Part shown: positions 27,034 to 35,869 of the stretch, piece by piece
Position numbering within the stretch: position 1 is the first letter of the stretch
How the letters are laid out: every line of letters starts with the position of its first letter
Assembly: GCA_965249725.1 (NCBI GenBank)
Contig: OZ252251.1
Location: forward strand, 352,001 to 416,000
DNA: 64,000 nucleotides
Direction: 5' to 3'
Source of the DNA: Longimicrobiales bacterium
GTDB taxonomy: Bacteria > Gemmatimonadota > Gemmatimonadetes > Longimicrobiales > Gaopeijiaceae
The notes under the pieces: model-generated
The model's database searches: none
What the model saw: the letters and a program-made list of their open reading frames with translations, nothing else
What the model was told of the DNA's origin: nothing
Program-made: the position numbers and the translations under genes

Positions 27034-28989
27034 CTAGGTCGTCGTAGCCGGTTCACCGACCGGCTCGGAGGCCACGGGCGGTGCAGGTGTGGACTCGGTA
27101 GCCGGCGAATCCGTTTCCGCGACCGGGATCCAATCCTCCCTCACGAGTCCTTCTTCCACCCACTCGAAGACTCCTTCCATCGCTTGTTGCGCCACCTTGT
27201 ACGTGGCGGAGTCATTGTTCGAGAAAAGGCGGCGGAAGCGGTCTTGGATGCGTGTCCTGGACTGCCTGCAGAAGAGATCGGCCAGCGCATAGGGCGACCG
27301 ATCCGACGGATTCGCGCGGACTAGGCTCTGGGCCCGGACCACGGTCGACACCATGACGAAGAGTTCGGCGCCGATCTCGACGATCCTGCCGAGAACCGCC
27401 TGCTTCTTTTCGAGGCCGGGGCCGAAGCGGATCATGGAATAGAAGATCGACCTCGCCAACTTGGCCGACGTTCTGTGCGCGTACCTCAAGTGGCCTGCCA
27501 GGGGACCGAACTCCCCGTAGCGAGGCCATCGGCCCCAGGTCAGCCAGCGGCTGGGATACCACCACGCGTAGTGAAGGCCCGCCCGGAACAAAGCGGCGAT
27601 GCGTTCTCGGACGGGCGCCTTCGGGTTGATCAGGTCGCCCGCAACGCTCAGGTGACTGTCCACGGCCTCGCGGGCGATGAAGAGCCGCATGATCTCGCTG
27701 GACCCTTCGAAAATGAGGTTGATCCGGCTATCCCTGAGCGCCCGCTCGATGGGATATGGATGTTCTCCTCGGGCGCGCAGTGAGTCCGCCTTCTCATATC
27801 CTCTTCCACCCCGGATCTGTACGGCGTCGTCGATGACTTCGTAGCTGACCTCGCTGTTCCACATCTTCGCGATAGCCGCCTCGAGACGAATGTCGAAGCT
27901 CTTCGCGTCGGCCATGCGTGCGGTGAGATCGACCACCGCGTCGAGGGCGAACGTGTTGGCGGCCATCGTGCCCAACTTCTGGGCGATGGCGTCGTGCTTG
28001 CCCACCGGGGCTCCCCACTGGAAGCGCTCGGCCGCCCAGGTCCGGCACGAAAGGAGGGCGCCTTTGGCTCCGACGGCGCAGAAGGCCGGAATGGACAGCC
28101 GCCCCGTGTTCAGCGTGATCAGAGCGAGCTTCAGCCCGCGACCCTCACCCCAGAGCAGGTTGTCCTTCGGGACCTTCACGTTGTTGAAGTGCAGGACGCC
28201 GTTCGACAGGCCGTTGAGGCCGAGAAAGGTGCAGAGGTGTCCTACCTCGACGCCTTCCCACCCCGTCTCCACGATGAACGCGGTGATCGGCTTACGTCCG
28301 CGCACTCCCTCGCGCGCGGGGGTCCGTGCCATCACCACGATGATGTCCGACCTCGGTCCGTTGGTGCACCAGAGCTTCTCGCCGTTCAGGATCCAGTGTT
28401 GGCCGTCTTCTGAGAGCTCCGCCGTCGTGGCCAGGTTGGCCGGGTCCGAACCCACGTCCAACTCCGTGAGCGCGAAGGCCGACAGCTCTCCCGCCGCGAG
28501 ACGGGGTAAGTACTTCTTCTTCTGCTCGTCTGTGCCGAAGTAGATGAGCGGCTGAGGCACCCCGATGGACTGATGGGCGGACAAAAAAGCCCCGGTCGAA
28601 GCACAGCGGCTGGCGACGATCGCGAGGGCCTTGTTGTAGTGATACTGAGAGAGTCCCAGCCCACCGTATTCTTCTGGAATCTTGATGCCGAAAGCGCCGA
28701 GCTCGGCGAGGCCGTCCAGGACCTCCTGGGGCACCCAGCTCTCCCGGTCGATGGCGTCACCGTCGATGTGGGCGATGGTGAACTCTTCGAGCGCCTTCAA
28801 GAACGGCGCGGCCTTGGCTTCGTCTTGCGGACTCGGGTCAGGAGGCGGATATACGACGCTCAGGTCGAGGGAACCGTCGAACAAGTCACGGGCAAAGCTC
28901 CGGTTCGCCCACTCCGTCTCTCGTGCGGATTCGGCGACCTGCCGGGCTTCTTCTTGGCTGGCCAGTTTCTTGTTGGGCTCCTGCGACAT
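27034..28989 (-). CDS. Acyl-CoA dehydrogenase (ACAD9/VLCAD-like)
   Basis: IPEEYGGLG, AFALTELDVGSD, LNGEKLWCTNG, LNTGR, IRGGRGYE, IFEGSSEI; start taken at MSQEPN. Confidence 0.93.
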   Translation of the reverse strand: MSQEPNKKLASQEEARQVAESARETEWANRSFARDLFDGSLDLSVVYPPPDPSPQDEAKAAPFLKALEEFTIAHIDGDAIDRESWVPQEVLDGLAELGAFGIKIPEEYGGLGLSQYHYNKALAIVASRCASTGAFLSAHQSIGVPQPLIYFGTDEQKKKYLPRLAAGELSAFALTELDVGSDPANLATTAELSEDGQHWILNGEKLWCTNGPRSDIIVVMARTPAREGVRGRKPITAFIVETGWEGVEVGHLCTFLGLNGLSNGVLHFNNVKVPKDNLLWGEGRGLKLALITLNTGRLSIPAFCAVGAKGALLSCRTWAAERFQWGAPVGKHDAIAQKLGTMAANTFALDAVVDLTARMADAKSFDIRLEAAIAKMWNSEVSYEVIDDAVQIRGGRGYEKADSLRARGEHPYPIERALRDSRINLIFEGSSEIMRLFIAREAVDSHLSVAGDLINPKAPVRERIAALFRAGLHYAWWYPSRWLTWGRWPRYGEFGPLAGHLRYAHRTSAKLARSIFYSMIRFGPGLEKKQAVLGRIVEIGAELFVMVSTVVRAQSLVRANPSDRSPYALADLFCRQSRTRIQDRFRRLFSNNDSATYKVAQQAMEGVFEWVEEGLVREDWIPVAETDSPATESTPAPPVASEPVGEPATTT

Positions 28990-29136
28990 GACCGTTCTCC
29001 CATGGTTTCGGCTGGAGCGGGAACTCAGCTGCCGGTACAGATGCACCCTGAGAATCTAACTCTTGGCGTCCCGAGGCGTGTGCCCGTTGTATACCCTGAG
29101 GGGCCCCGTCGGGCTCCCCGGCGAGCTCCCCCGAGG

Positions 29137-30336
29137 TCAGTCTTCGTACTTCCCGGCTAGGATGAACTCGTCGATCTCTCCGGCTCGCTCCTCGGCGTCG
29201 TTTTCGCCGAGCTCGATGAGCCGATGGATGTAGTCTGGCTGGAACAGGACCAAGCTGAGGAGGTCCGGGCTCGTGGTCTGCCGCGTACCGAGTCCTCGGG
29301 TGAGGAAACGGAAGGTCTTCGGCAGGTGCGGCTCGAACTCGTTCGCCAGACGCCCAAGATCGACCGAGGGACGCAGGACCAGGAGCCTTACCAGTCGTAG
29401 CCCGTCCCGCCCGTTCCGGGGCACTTGGTCGATCAACTGGTTCAACCGTTCCAGGCGCAGCGCGTCCTGGTCGAGGAGATCGAGAAAGACCGAATTCAAC
29501 AGCACCCCGAGTACCTGGGCCGGGGGCGGATAGCCGGTCACCTCGGGCACTCTGGCCTCCGCCGCCGACCGGTCGTAGCGCGTCGAGATTGCCAGGATTT
29601 TCTCGGCCCCGAGATGAAGGGCGGGGGAGAGGGGTGCGGCCAGGCGCACGCCGCCGTCTCCGTAGAACTCGTCCGCGACGCGGATGGCCGGAAAGAAAAG
29701 CGGGAGCGCCGATGACGCCATGACGTGATCGACGGTGAGAACCGTCTTGCGTGAGCGTCTCTGAGGCCGGCTCCAGTCCTTTAGATCACACCCTTGGATC
29801 CAGGTGACGGACTGACCGGTGGTGTAGCTCGACGAACTGATCGCGACCGCTTTGAGCCGGCCGACCGAAAGGTTGTACTGGATGCCCGTGAGCTCGCCGT
29901 CCACGGCGTGCATGACCTCGGCCAGATACGCACGCAACGGTGATGTGTCGACCAGCCCTTTCACCCGCACTGCCCCCCCCACACCGCCAGACAGCAACTG
30001 GAACACCCAGCGTGTGCCCGTCCATCCGAGGGACGGCGTGTCCACACGGAAGACGTCCTCGACCGTGAGTCGCTGCCAGAGGGCGACCAACTCCTCGACA
30101 GACTGGTGAAACGACCCGTGGTGTGACGCCAGGTGCGCGGCGTTGATCGCACCGGCGGATACGCCGGTGACGATCGGGACCTCGAGGTCGGGATACCGAC
30201 GAGCCAGGTAGCGGAGGAACCCTACCTGATATGCGGCCCGTGCTCCCCCACCCCCCATGACCAGCCCCAGGTCGGGGCCGCCTCTGGGGGCCGCGTAGAG
30301 CGGGGAGTCGGGTGAGTTTTCTGGAGTTGTCGTCAT
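29137..30336 (-). CDS. Patatin-like phospholipase
   Basis: GGGGARAAYQVG, GVSAG, DGG catalytic motifs. Confidence 0.92.
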   Translation of the reverse strand: MTTTPENSPDSPLYAAPRGGPDLGLVMGGGGARAAYQVGFLRYLARRYPDLEVPIVTGVSAGAINAAHLASHHGSFHQSVEELVALWQRLTVEDVFRVDTPSLGWTGTRWVFQLLSGGVGGAVRVKGLVDTSPLRAYLAEVMHAVDGELTGIQYNLSVGRLKAVAISSSSYTTGQSVTWIQGCDLKDWSRPQRRSRKTVLTVDHVMASSALPLFFPAIRVADEFYGDGGVRLAAPLSPALHLGAEKILAISTRYDRSAAEARVPEVTGYPPPAQVLGVLLNSVFLDLLDQDALRLERLNQLIDQVPRNGRDGLRLVRLLVLRPSVDLGRLANEFEPHLPKTFRFLTRGLGTRQTTSPDLLSLVLFQPDYIHRLIELGENDAEERAGEIDEFILAGKYED

Positions 30337-30373
30337 CTGCGCCTAATCACGACTCGGTGCCGGGGGTTTCCGC

Positions 30374-30766
30374 CTAGCCTACCAACGGTCGGCCGATGGC
30401 CATCATGCCTACCGCGATGACGATGAGGGCAACGAGCGCCCAGACGCCGTGAGGAAGATAGGTCTTCTCCTCGTCCGGTCTCCGGCGCATGACCGAAACG
30501 GGAATCTGACCCGCGGCCGCGGCGAAGAGCATCATCACGAGGTGCCCGGCCACGGCGGGCTGGAACCGACCCGAGAAGATGAGCGCCAGTCCCAGGAGGA
30601 GCTGAAGGTGCATGAGTCCCGCGAAGCTCGACGAGATGATGCGCATCTTGCTGTCGTAAGGGCGTTTCGAGACCGCGCCGTAAATGGAGTACAGCACGGT
30701 CAGGATGCCCGCGAGGAGGACCAGGTATCGAAATCCCGAATGGGACTGAAGGAAGAAGGTGCTCAT
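30374..30766 (-). CDS. Small 4-TM membrane protein with His residues (cytochrome b-like)
   Basis: HSGFRYLVL, HLQLLLGL, GHLVMM. Confidence 0.65.
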   Translation of the reverse strand: MSTFFLQSHSGFRYLVLLAGILTVLYSIYGAVSKRPYDSKMRIISSSFAGLMHLQLLLGLALIFSGRFQPAVAGHLVMMLFAAAAGQIPVSVMRRRPDEEKTYLPHGVWALVALIVIAVGMMAIGRPLVG

Positions 30767-30820
30767 TTGACCCTTGGTAGTTAGGCGATTCTCTGCTCGC
30801 GGCGTATCTCGCTGCGAGCG

Positions 30821-33800
30821 TTACATGGACTCCAGGACCCGAGCCAGCCGGGCCTCCAGGGCGGCTTTGCGCCCCACGTGCTCAGCGGTGGGAGGATAGA
30901 GTGAACCGGGCTGTACGGCACCTCCGTCGAGGGCATCCGAAAGCTGTTGGGCACTACGTCGGATTTCACACAACTCGCCGTCGGTCCCTGCGGGTCGTTC
31001 ACCACCGCCGAATCCGAATCCGGGGCAGCTCAACCCCGGCCGCACTTCCTCGATGCTTCGGGCCACCTCAAGGAGATCCAGAAGGAACGCCTCCCGCTCC
31101 TCGTACATGGCCTGCGTGACCGGCATTTGCGGATCGCCCCGCACGTCGACCGTCTGGCTGGAGGTCTCCCCCCGCGCCTCCAGGGTCACCGTATACCGTC
31201 CGGGCGACACCCACGGGCCCAGGTTGTCGATCGGCCGCGCCAGCTTTGGATCCTCATGAGGACGCCATGTCTCTCGCTCGCCTGAAGGGGCATTCCGCAG
31301 GTCCCAGTTCATCCGATGGATGCCGGCCCCGGACGGCACGGCGAAGTCCCGTACCATTCGTCCCGACGAATTCGTGACGATCATCCGTGCTTCGCCCCCT
31401 CCCGCACCCAAGCTGTAGGTGATGAGGGCGCCGGACACCGGGTTCTCTCCCGCGAACTCCGCTTGGCCGCGATACGACGTGACCTTCCGGTAGTTGAAGA
31501 TCGTGGCGTGCTGGATGCTGAATACGTGCGCCCCGGCGGAGGCCACGTCGGCGGTCCACTCGGCCAATGGACTGGTATCATCGAGAATCCAGACACTCTG
31601 GCCGTGCGTTCCCAGCACCAGGTCCTTTTCCCTCGGATGAACGACCATGTCGTCGACATGTGTGGTGGGCATGTTGGGCAGCTTGGCCCAATTCGCACCG
31701 CGATCCGTGCTCACGAACACCGAATGTTCGGAGCCGGCGAAGAGGACGTCCGCATTGTCCGGGTGCTCGACCAAGGAGTTCAGAGAGCCAGAAGGCAGGC
31801 CACCCACGACCGACTCCCAGGTCTGTCCGAAGTCCTCGGTGCGGAACAGGTAAGGGTCGAAGTCTCCGTCGCGGTGCGCATCGAAGGCCACATAAGCCAC
31901 CCCACCCCCCACTTGTGAGGCGACGATCCGGCTCACGTAGGTGCCATCCGCGATACCGGTGACGTTGCGGCTCACCTCGATCCAGTTGCGGCCTCCGTCG
32001 CGGGAGACCTGCAGGTTCCCATCGTCCGCCCCGACCCACAGGATCTGGGGATCGAGGGGCGACTCGGCGATGACGCTGATCTCGCTGAAGTTCGACGTCC
32101 CGTCGTTGGGTGAGATCGTGAGGTCAGAGCCGTAGACACCCATGAGCTGAAGCTCGCCTCGGTCGACGTTGCGGGTCAGATCCTCGGTGCGGGCCCACGA
32201 GTCGCCACGATTGCGGGAGATGAACAACCGATTCCCGCCCAAGTAGACCACCGACGGGTCATGTCTGGACACCAGGCTCGGCGACGCCCAGTCCCAGCGG
32301 TATGACGACTCTCCTTCGGGCGCGCGGGGCCGAATGTCGAGCATGTCGCCCGTTTCCGCGTCGAGGCGGTAGTAGCCCCCTCCGTTCGAGTTCGCGTACA
32401 CGTACCGGTGACTGGTCGGGTCGACCTGCTGGTACATGCCGTCGCCGAAGCCGGTCTGCATCCAGTCATCGTTGATGATGCCGATCCATCGGCGCGTCTC
32501 TGAGGGACCCATCCAACTGTGGTTGTCCTGCATGCCGCCGTAGACCCAGTACGGGTCGCGGTTGTCCACACCGATGGCGTAGAACTGTCCGATCGCGAAG
32601 TTGTTGAGCTTCCGGAAGTTCACACCCTGGTCGTACGTCTCCCACAGGCCCGCGTCACCGACCAGGTAGAGGTGATTCGGGTCGTTGGGGTCGATCCACA
32701 GTCCGTGTTGGTCCGCGTGGACTCCCACGTCGTAGGTGGGACGCATAGCGATCTCCGTCCAGGTGGTCCCCCCGTTCTCGCTCTTGTAGGTCGAGGTCCC
32801 CAAGACGTATACGCGGTCTTCGTCCGACGGGTCGATGAAGATCTCCGAGTAGTACATCGGCCTCGGGTCCATGGAACTGACCCTGCGCCAAGAGGCTCCT
32901 CCGTCTTCGCTCCGGTAGGTGCCCTGCTGATCCGCGTCGGCGTGCTGAACGAGGGCGTTCAGCACCATCGGATTCGACTCGGAGATGGCGAGGCCGATCC
33001 GACCCTTGTCTCCCTCCGGGATGCCTCCAGTGAGCTCACTCCAGGTATCCCCGCCGTCGGTGGTCTTTTGGATGCCGCTCCCGGGCCCGCCGCCGTTGAA
33101 TCCCCAGGCCCGTCTCAGACGCTGGTACGTGGCTGCGTAGAGAGTCCCCGGATTGCGGCTATCCATGACCAGGTCCACGGCCCCGGTGTACTCGTCGATG
33201 AACAGGACCCGCTCCCAGCTTCTGCCGCCGTTCCTGGAACGGTAGACACCGCGCTCCTCGTTTCCGCGCCACAAGTTTCCGAGCGCTGCCACGTAGACCA
33301 CGTCGGGGTTCGTGGGGTCTACCAGCACCTTGCCGATGTGCCGGGTCTCGACGAGGCCCACGTGACGCCAGGTGTCCCCTGCGTCGTCCGAGCGATACAC
33401 GCCGTTGCCCCAGGACGAGCTCTGGCGGTTGTTCTGTTCACCGGTGCCGGCGTACATGATGTCGGGGTTGGACGGGGCGATCGCCACGTCACCGAACGTG
33501 CTGACTTCCTTGTCGGCGAAGACGTTGCTCCAGGTGTGGCCCCGGTTGCTGGTCTTCCAGAGTCCGCCTGACGCCGAGGCGAGGAAGATGGTCGAGGGAT
33601 CGTCGGCGAGCGATTCCACGTCGTGAATGCGTCCACCGGTTACTGCGGGTCCGATGAGACGCGGTTGGAAGGTGGAGAGCTGGTCGGCGGAGATCGGGAC
33701 CGCCTGTGAGGAGCCCTGGGTTGGGAGCATAGCGAGGGCGGAGAGCATCACGAGCGCAGGGAGTATCACGGAGGCGGTGAGTATCGTGAGGGCCGGGGGC

Positions 33801-33898
33801 ACTGTCTCCAAGGACCTCATTTGGCTGGCGCGAAGCATTAAGGACTCCAGTCGTATCGGAAACTCTCGGAGCAGGTTCTCGCCGGAGGCATACCTCAT
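30821..33898 (-). CDS. Secreted VPS10/sortilin-like BNR-repeat beta-propeller protein (glycosyl-hydrolase-like); start uncertain
   Basis: IGPAVTGGRIHD, multiple Asp-box SxDxGxTW repeats, YGGMQDN. Confidence 0.88.
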   Translation of the reverse strand: MRYASGENLLREFPIRLESLMLRASQMRSLETVPPALTILTASVILPALVMLSALAMLPTQGSSQAVPISADQLSTFQPRLIGPAVTGGRIHDVESLADDPSTIFLASASGGLWKTSNRGHTWSNVFADKEVSTFGDVAIAPSNPDIMYAGTGEQNNRQSSSWGNGVYRSDDAGDTWRHVGLVETRHIGKVLVDPTNPDVVYVAALGNLWRGNEERGVYRSRNGGRSWERVLFIDEYTGAVDLVMDSRNPGTLYAATYQRLRRAWGFNGGGPGSGIQKTTDGGDTWSELTGGIPEGDKGRIGLAISESNPMVLNALVQHADADQQGTYRSEDGGASWRRVSSMDPRPMYYSEIFIDPSDEDRVYVLGTSTYKSENGGTTWTEIAMRPTYDVGVHADQHGLWIDPNDPNHLYLVGDAGLWETYDQGVNFRKLNNFAIGQFYAIGVDNRDPYWVYGGMQDNHSWMGPSETRRWIGIINDDWMQTGFGDGMYQQVDPTSHRYVYANSNGGGYYRLDAETGDMLDIRPRAPEGESSYRWDWASPSLVSRHDPSVVYLGGNRLFISRNRGDSWARTEDLTRNVDRGELQLMGVYGSDLTISPNDGTSNFSEISVIAESPLDPQILWVGADDGNLQVSRDGGRNWIEVSRNVTGIADGTYVSRIVASQVGGGVAYVAFDAHRDGDFDPYLFRTEDFGQTWESVVGGLPSGSLNSLVEHPDNADVLFAGSEHSVFVSTDRGANWAKLPNMPTTHVDDMVVHPREKDLVLGTHGQSVWILDDTSPLAEWTADVASAGAHVFSIQHATIFNYRKVTSYRGQAEFAGENPVSGALITYSLGAGGGEARMIVTNSSGRMVRDFAVPSGAGIHRMNWDLRNAPSGERETWRPHEDPKLARPIDNLGPWVSPGRYTVTLEARGETSSQTVDVRGDPQMPVTQAMYEEREAFLLDLLEVARSIEEVRPGLSCPGFGFGGGERPAGTDGELCEIRRSAQQLSDALDGGAVQPGSLYPPTAEHVGRKAALEARLARVLESM

Positions 33899-33921
33899 AA
33901 AGCTCCCGAGAGACGGTAGAA

Positions 33922-34704
33922 TTAGGCGGGTGGCACCGGGCCCGCCAGGGCTTCTCGGACGATATCGAGTACTTCACCTGACATGTCCTGCGCGCCGAGC
34001 ATCCACTGGAGGTAGTCGGGCTCGGACAGAGCCACCTCGGCAAGAGATCGCCCCTTGTGTTTGCCCCTCCGGAAGAGACGACCGTCGGGCCCTGATTTGA
34101 ACCACTGGTCGACGGCCGTTCGGATCGGCATGACTTCGTCGCAGTACCGATTGAGAGCGTCCATGTCGCGGGGCAGATCGGGATAGCGGTCCATCTGGGC
34201 CGCCAGGACGGCGGCCGTCGTACGGATGTCACCGAGCGCGCTGTGCGCCTCCTGGTGCTCACGGTCCAGGTAGAACCGCGCGGCCGCCGACAGGTCACGG
34301 GGTTCCTCCCGGTGGAAGATTCCCTGCACGTCGATGATCCGGCGCGACTTGTAGTCGAAGTCGAGGTCGGCGCGTTTGAATTCGGCCAGGAGCATCGGGA
34401 GATCGAAGCGGCGGATGTTGAAGCCGCCCAGGTCGCAGGGGTCGAGGAGATCGAAGAGGGCCTTCGCTCGTGACGTGAACGGGGCCTCTCCCGCTACGTC
34501 CTCGTCCGAGATCCCGTGAACCGCAGCGGCCTCGGGATGGATGGGCACACCCGGGTTGAAGCGACGTACACGCTCCAACACGTCACCCTGTGGGGAGACA
34601 CGGAGGATGGCCATCTCGATGATGCGATCATCGGTGGTGCTCAGCCCCGTCGTCTCGAGATCGAAGAAGACGATGGGCCGGTCGAGCTCGATGGGGAGCA
34701 GCAT
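33922..34704 (-). CDS. DEDDh 3'-5' exonuclease (DnaQ/ExoX-like)
   Basis: FDLETTG, FNIRRFDLPML, HSALGD; C-terminal GKHKG...DYLQW. Confidence 0.9.
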   Translation of the reverse strand: MLLPIELDRPIVFFDLETTGLSTTDDRIIEMAILRVSPQGDVLERVRRFNPGVPIHPEAAAVHGISDEDVAGEAPFTSRAKALFDLLDPCDLGGFNIRRFDLPMLLAEFKRADLDFDYKSRRIIDVQGIFHREEPRDLSAAARFYLDREHQEAHSALGDIRTTAAVLAAQMDRYPDLPRDMDALNRYCDEVMPIRTAVDQWFKSGPDGRLFRRGKHKGRSLAEVALSEPDYLQWMLGAQDMSGEVLDIVREALAGPVPPA

Positions 34705-34736
34705 CAGGCGGCCTGGCGAAGAGTGGGCATCAGCCT

Positions 34737-35747
34737 ATGATAGCGGGCATGGAACGAACAGGCAGCATGCGGGCGGTCGTCATGGACGAACCGGGAGGGC
34801 CGGAGGTTCTCTCGGTGCGATCCGCACCCATGCCGATCCCCGAAATCGGCGAGATCCGAGTGAAGGTTGCAACGTCCGGCGTCAATCGGGCCGACCTCCT
34901 GCAGCGGATGGGGAACTACCCGGTCCCGGAGGGTTGGCCCGAGGATATTCTGGGCCTCGAGTTCTCGGGTGTAGTGGACACTCTGGGTCCCCAGGTCGAG
35001 CGGTGGAGTGAAGGGGACCGGGTCATGGGCATCCTGGGTGGCGGCGGATATGCCGAGTACGTGACGACACACGGTACGTACGTCGTACCGGTTCCGGATG
35101 CGGTCGGACTCGAGGAGGCCGGCGCGATTCCCGAGGTGTTCATGACCGCGTTCGATGCGGCGGTGATGCAGATGGGGCTGCGATCCGAAGAGACCATCCT
35201 CATCCACGCCGTGGGTAGCGGTGTGGGGACGGCCGCCGTGCAGATCGCGAATGCCCTCGGCGCGCGCACGCTCGGTACGTCTCGCACGCCCGCCAAGCTC
35301 GAGCGGGCGATGGCGCTCGGCCTGGAGCACGCCGTGCCGGGCGACGCCGAGTGGCCCGAGCGGGTGCTCGAACTCACGGATGGTCGCGGCGTGGACGTGA
35401 TCCTGGATCTGGTGGGCGGACCCTACCTGGAAGGGAATCAGAAGGTCGTGGCGGTCCGCGGGCGGCACGTGGTCGTGGGAGTCCCGGGCGGAGCGGTCGC
35501 GACCATCAATCTGAGGGCCATGATGGGCCGACGAGCGACGATCAAAGGCACGGTCCTGAGAGCGCGGCCCCTCGAGGAGAAGGCAGTGCTCGCTGCGGCG
35601 TTCGAGGAGCGCATACTTCCGCTGTTCCCGGGTGGGCAGGTGAGCCCGGTGATCGACCGTGTGTTCTCACCGGAGGAGGCTGGGGAGGCTCACCGGTTGA
35701 TGGCAGCGAACGAGAACTTCGGGAAGCTCCTGCTCCACTGGGAGTAA
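34737..35747 (+). CDS. NAD(P)H-quinone oxidoreductase, PIG3/zeta-crystallin family
   Basis: VNRADLLQRMG, GLEFSG, GGGYAEY, IHAVGSGVGTAA, GVDVILD. Confidence 0.92.
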   Translation: MIAGMERTGSMRAVVMDEPGGPEVLSVRSAPMPIPEIGEIRVKVATSGVNRADLLQRMGNYPVPEGWPEDILGLEFSGVVDTLGPQVERWSEGDRVMGILGGGGYAEYVTTHGTYVVPVPDAVGLEEAGAIPEVFMTAFDAAVMQMGLRSEETILIHAVGSGVGTAAVQIANALGARTLGTSRTPAKLERAMALGLEHAVPGDAEWPERVLELTDGRGVDVILDLVGGPYLEGNQKVVAVRGRHVVVGVPGGAVATINLRAMMGRRATIKGTVLRARPLEEKAVLAAAFEERILPLFPGGQVSPVIDRVFSPEEAGEAHRLMAANENFGKLLLHWE

Positions 35748-35756
35748 CCCGCCCTC

Positions 35757-35864
35757 GGTGGTGCCTCGTCGGTGGTGCCTCGATGGTGGTGCCTCGATGG
35801 TGGTGCCTCGATGGTGGTGCCTCGATGGTGGTGCCTCGATGGTGGTGCCTCGATGGTGGTGCCC
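35757..35864. repeat. 14-bp tandem repeat GGTGGTGCCTCGAT (1 variant, 6 perfect, 1 partial copy)
   Basis: Read directly from the sequence; fills the space between the convergent qor-like gene and sucA. Confidence 0.95.
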
Positions 35865-35869
35865 GGTGG

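Noticed and set aside
35757..35864. Possible CRISPR array
   Set aside because: The 14-bp units are head-to-tail with no unique spacers, and there are no cas genes in the window. The same holds for 43073-43173.
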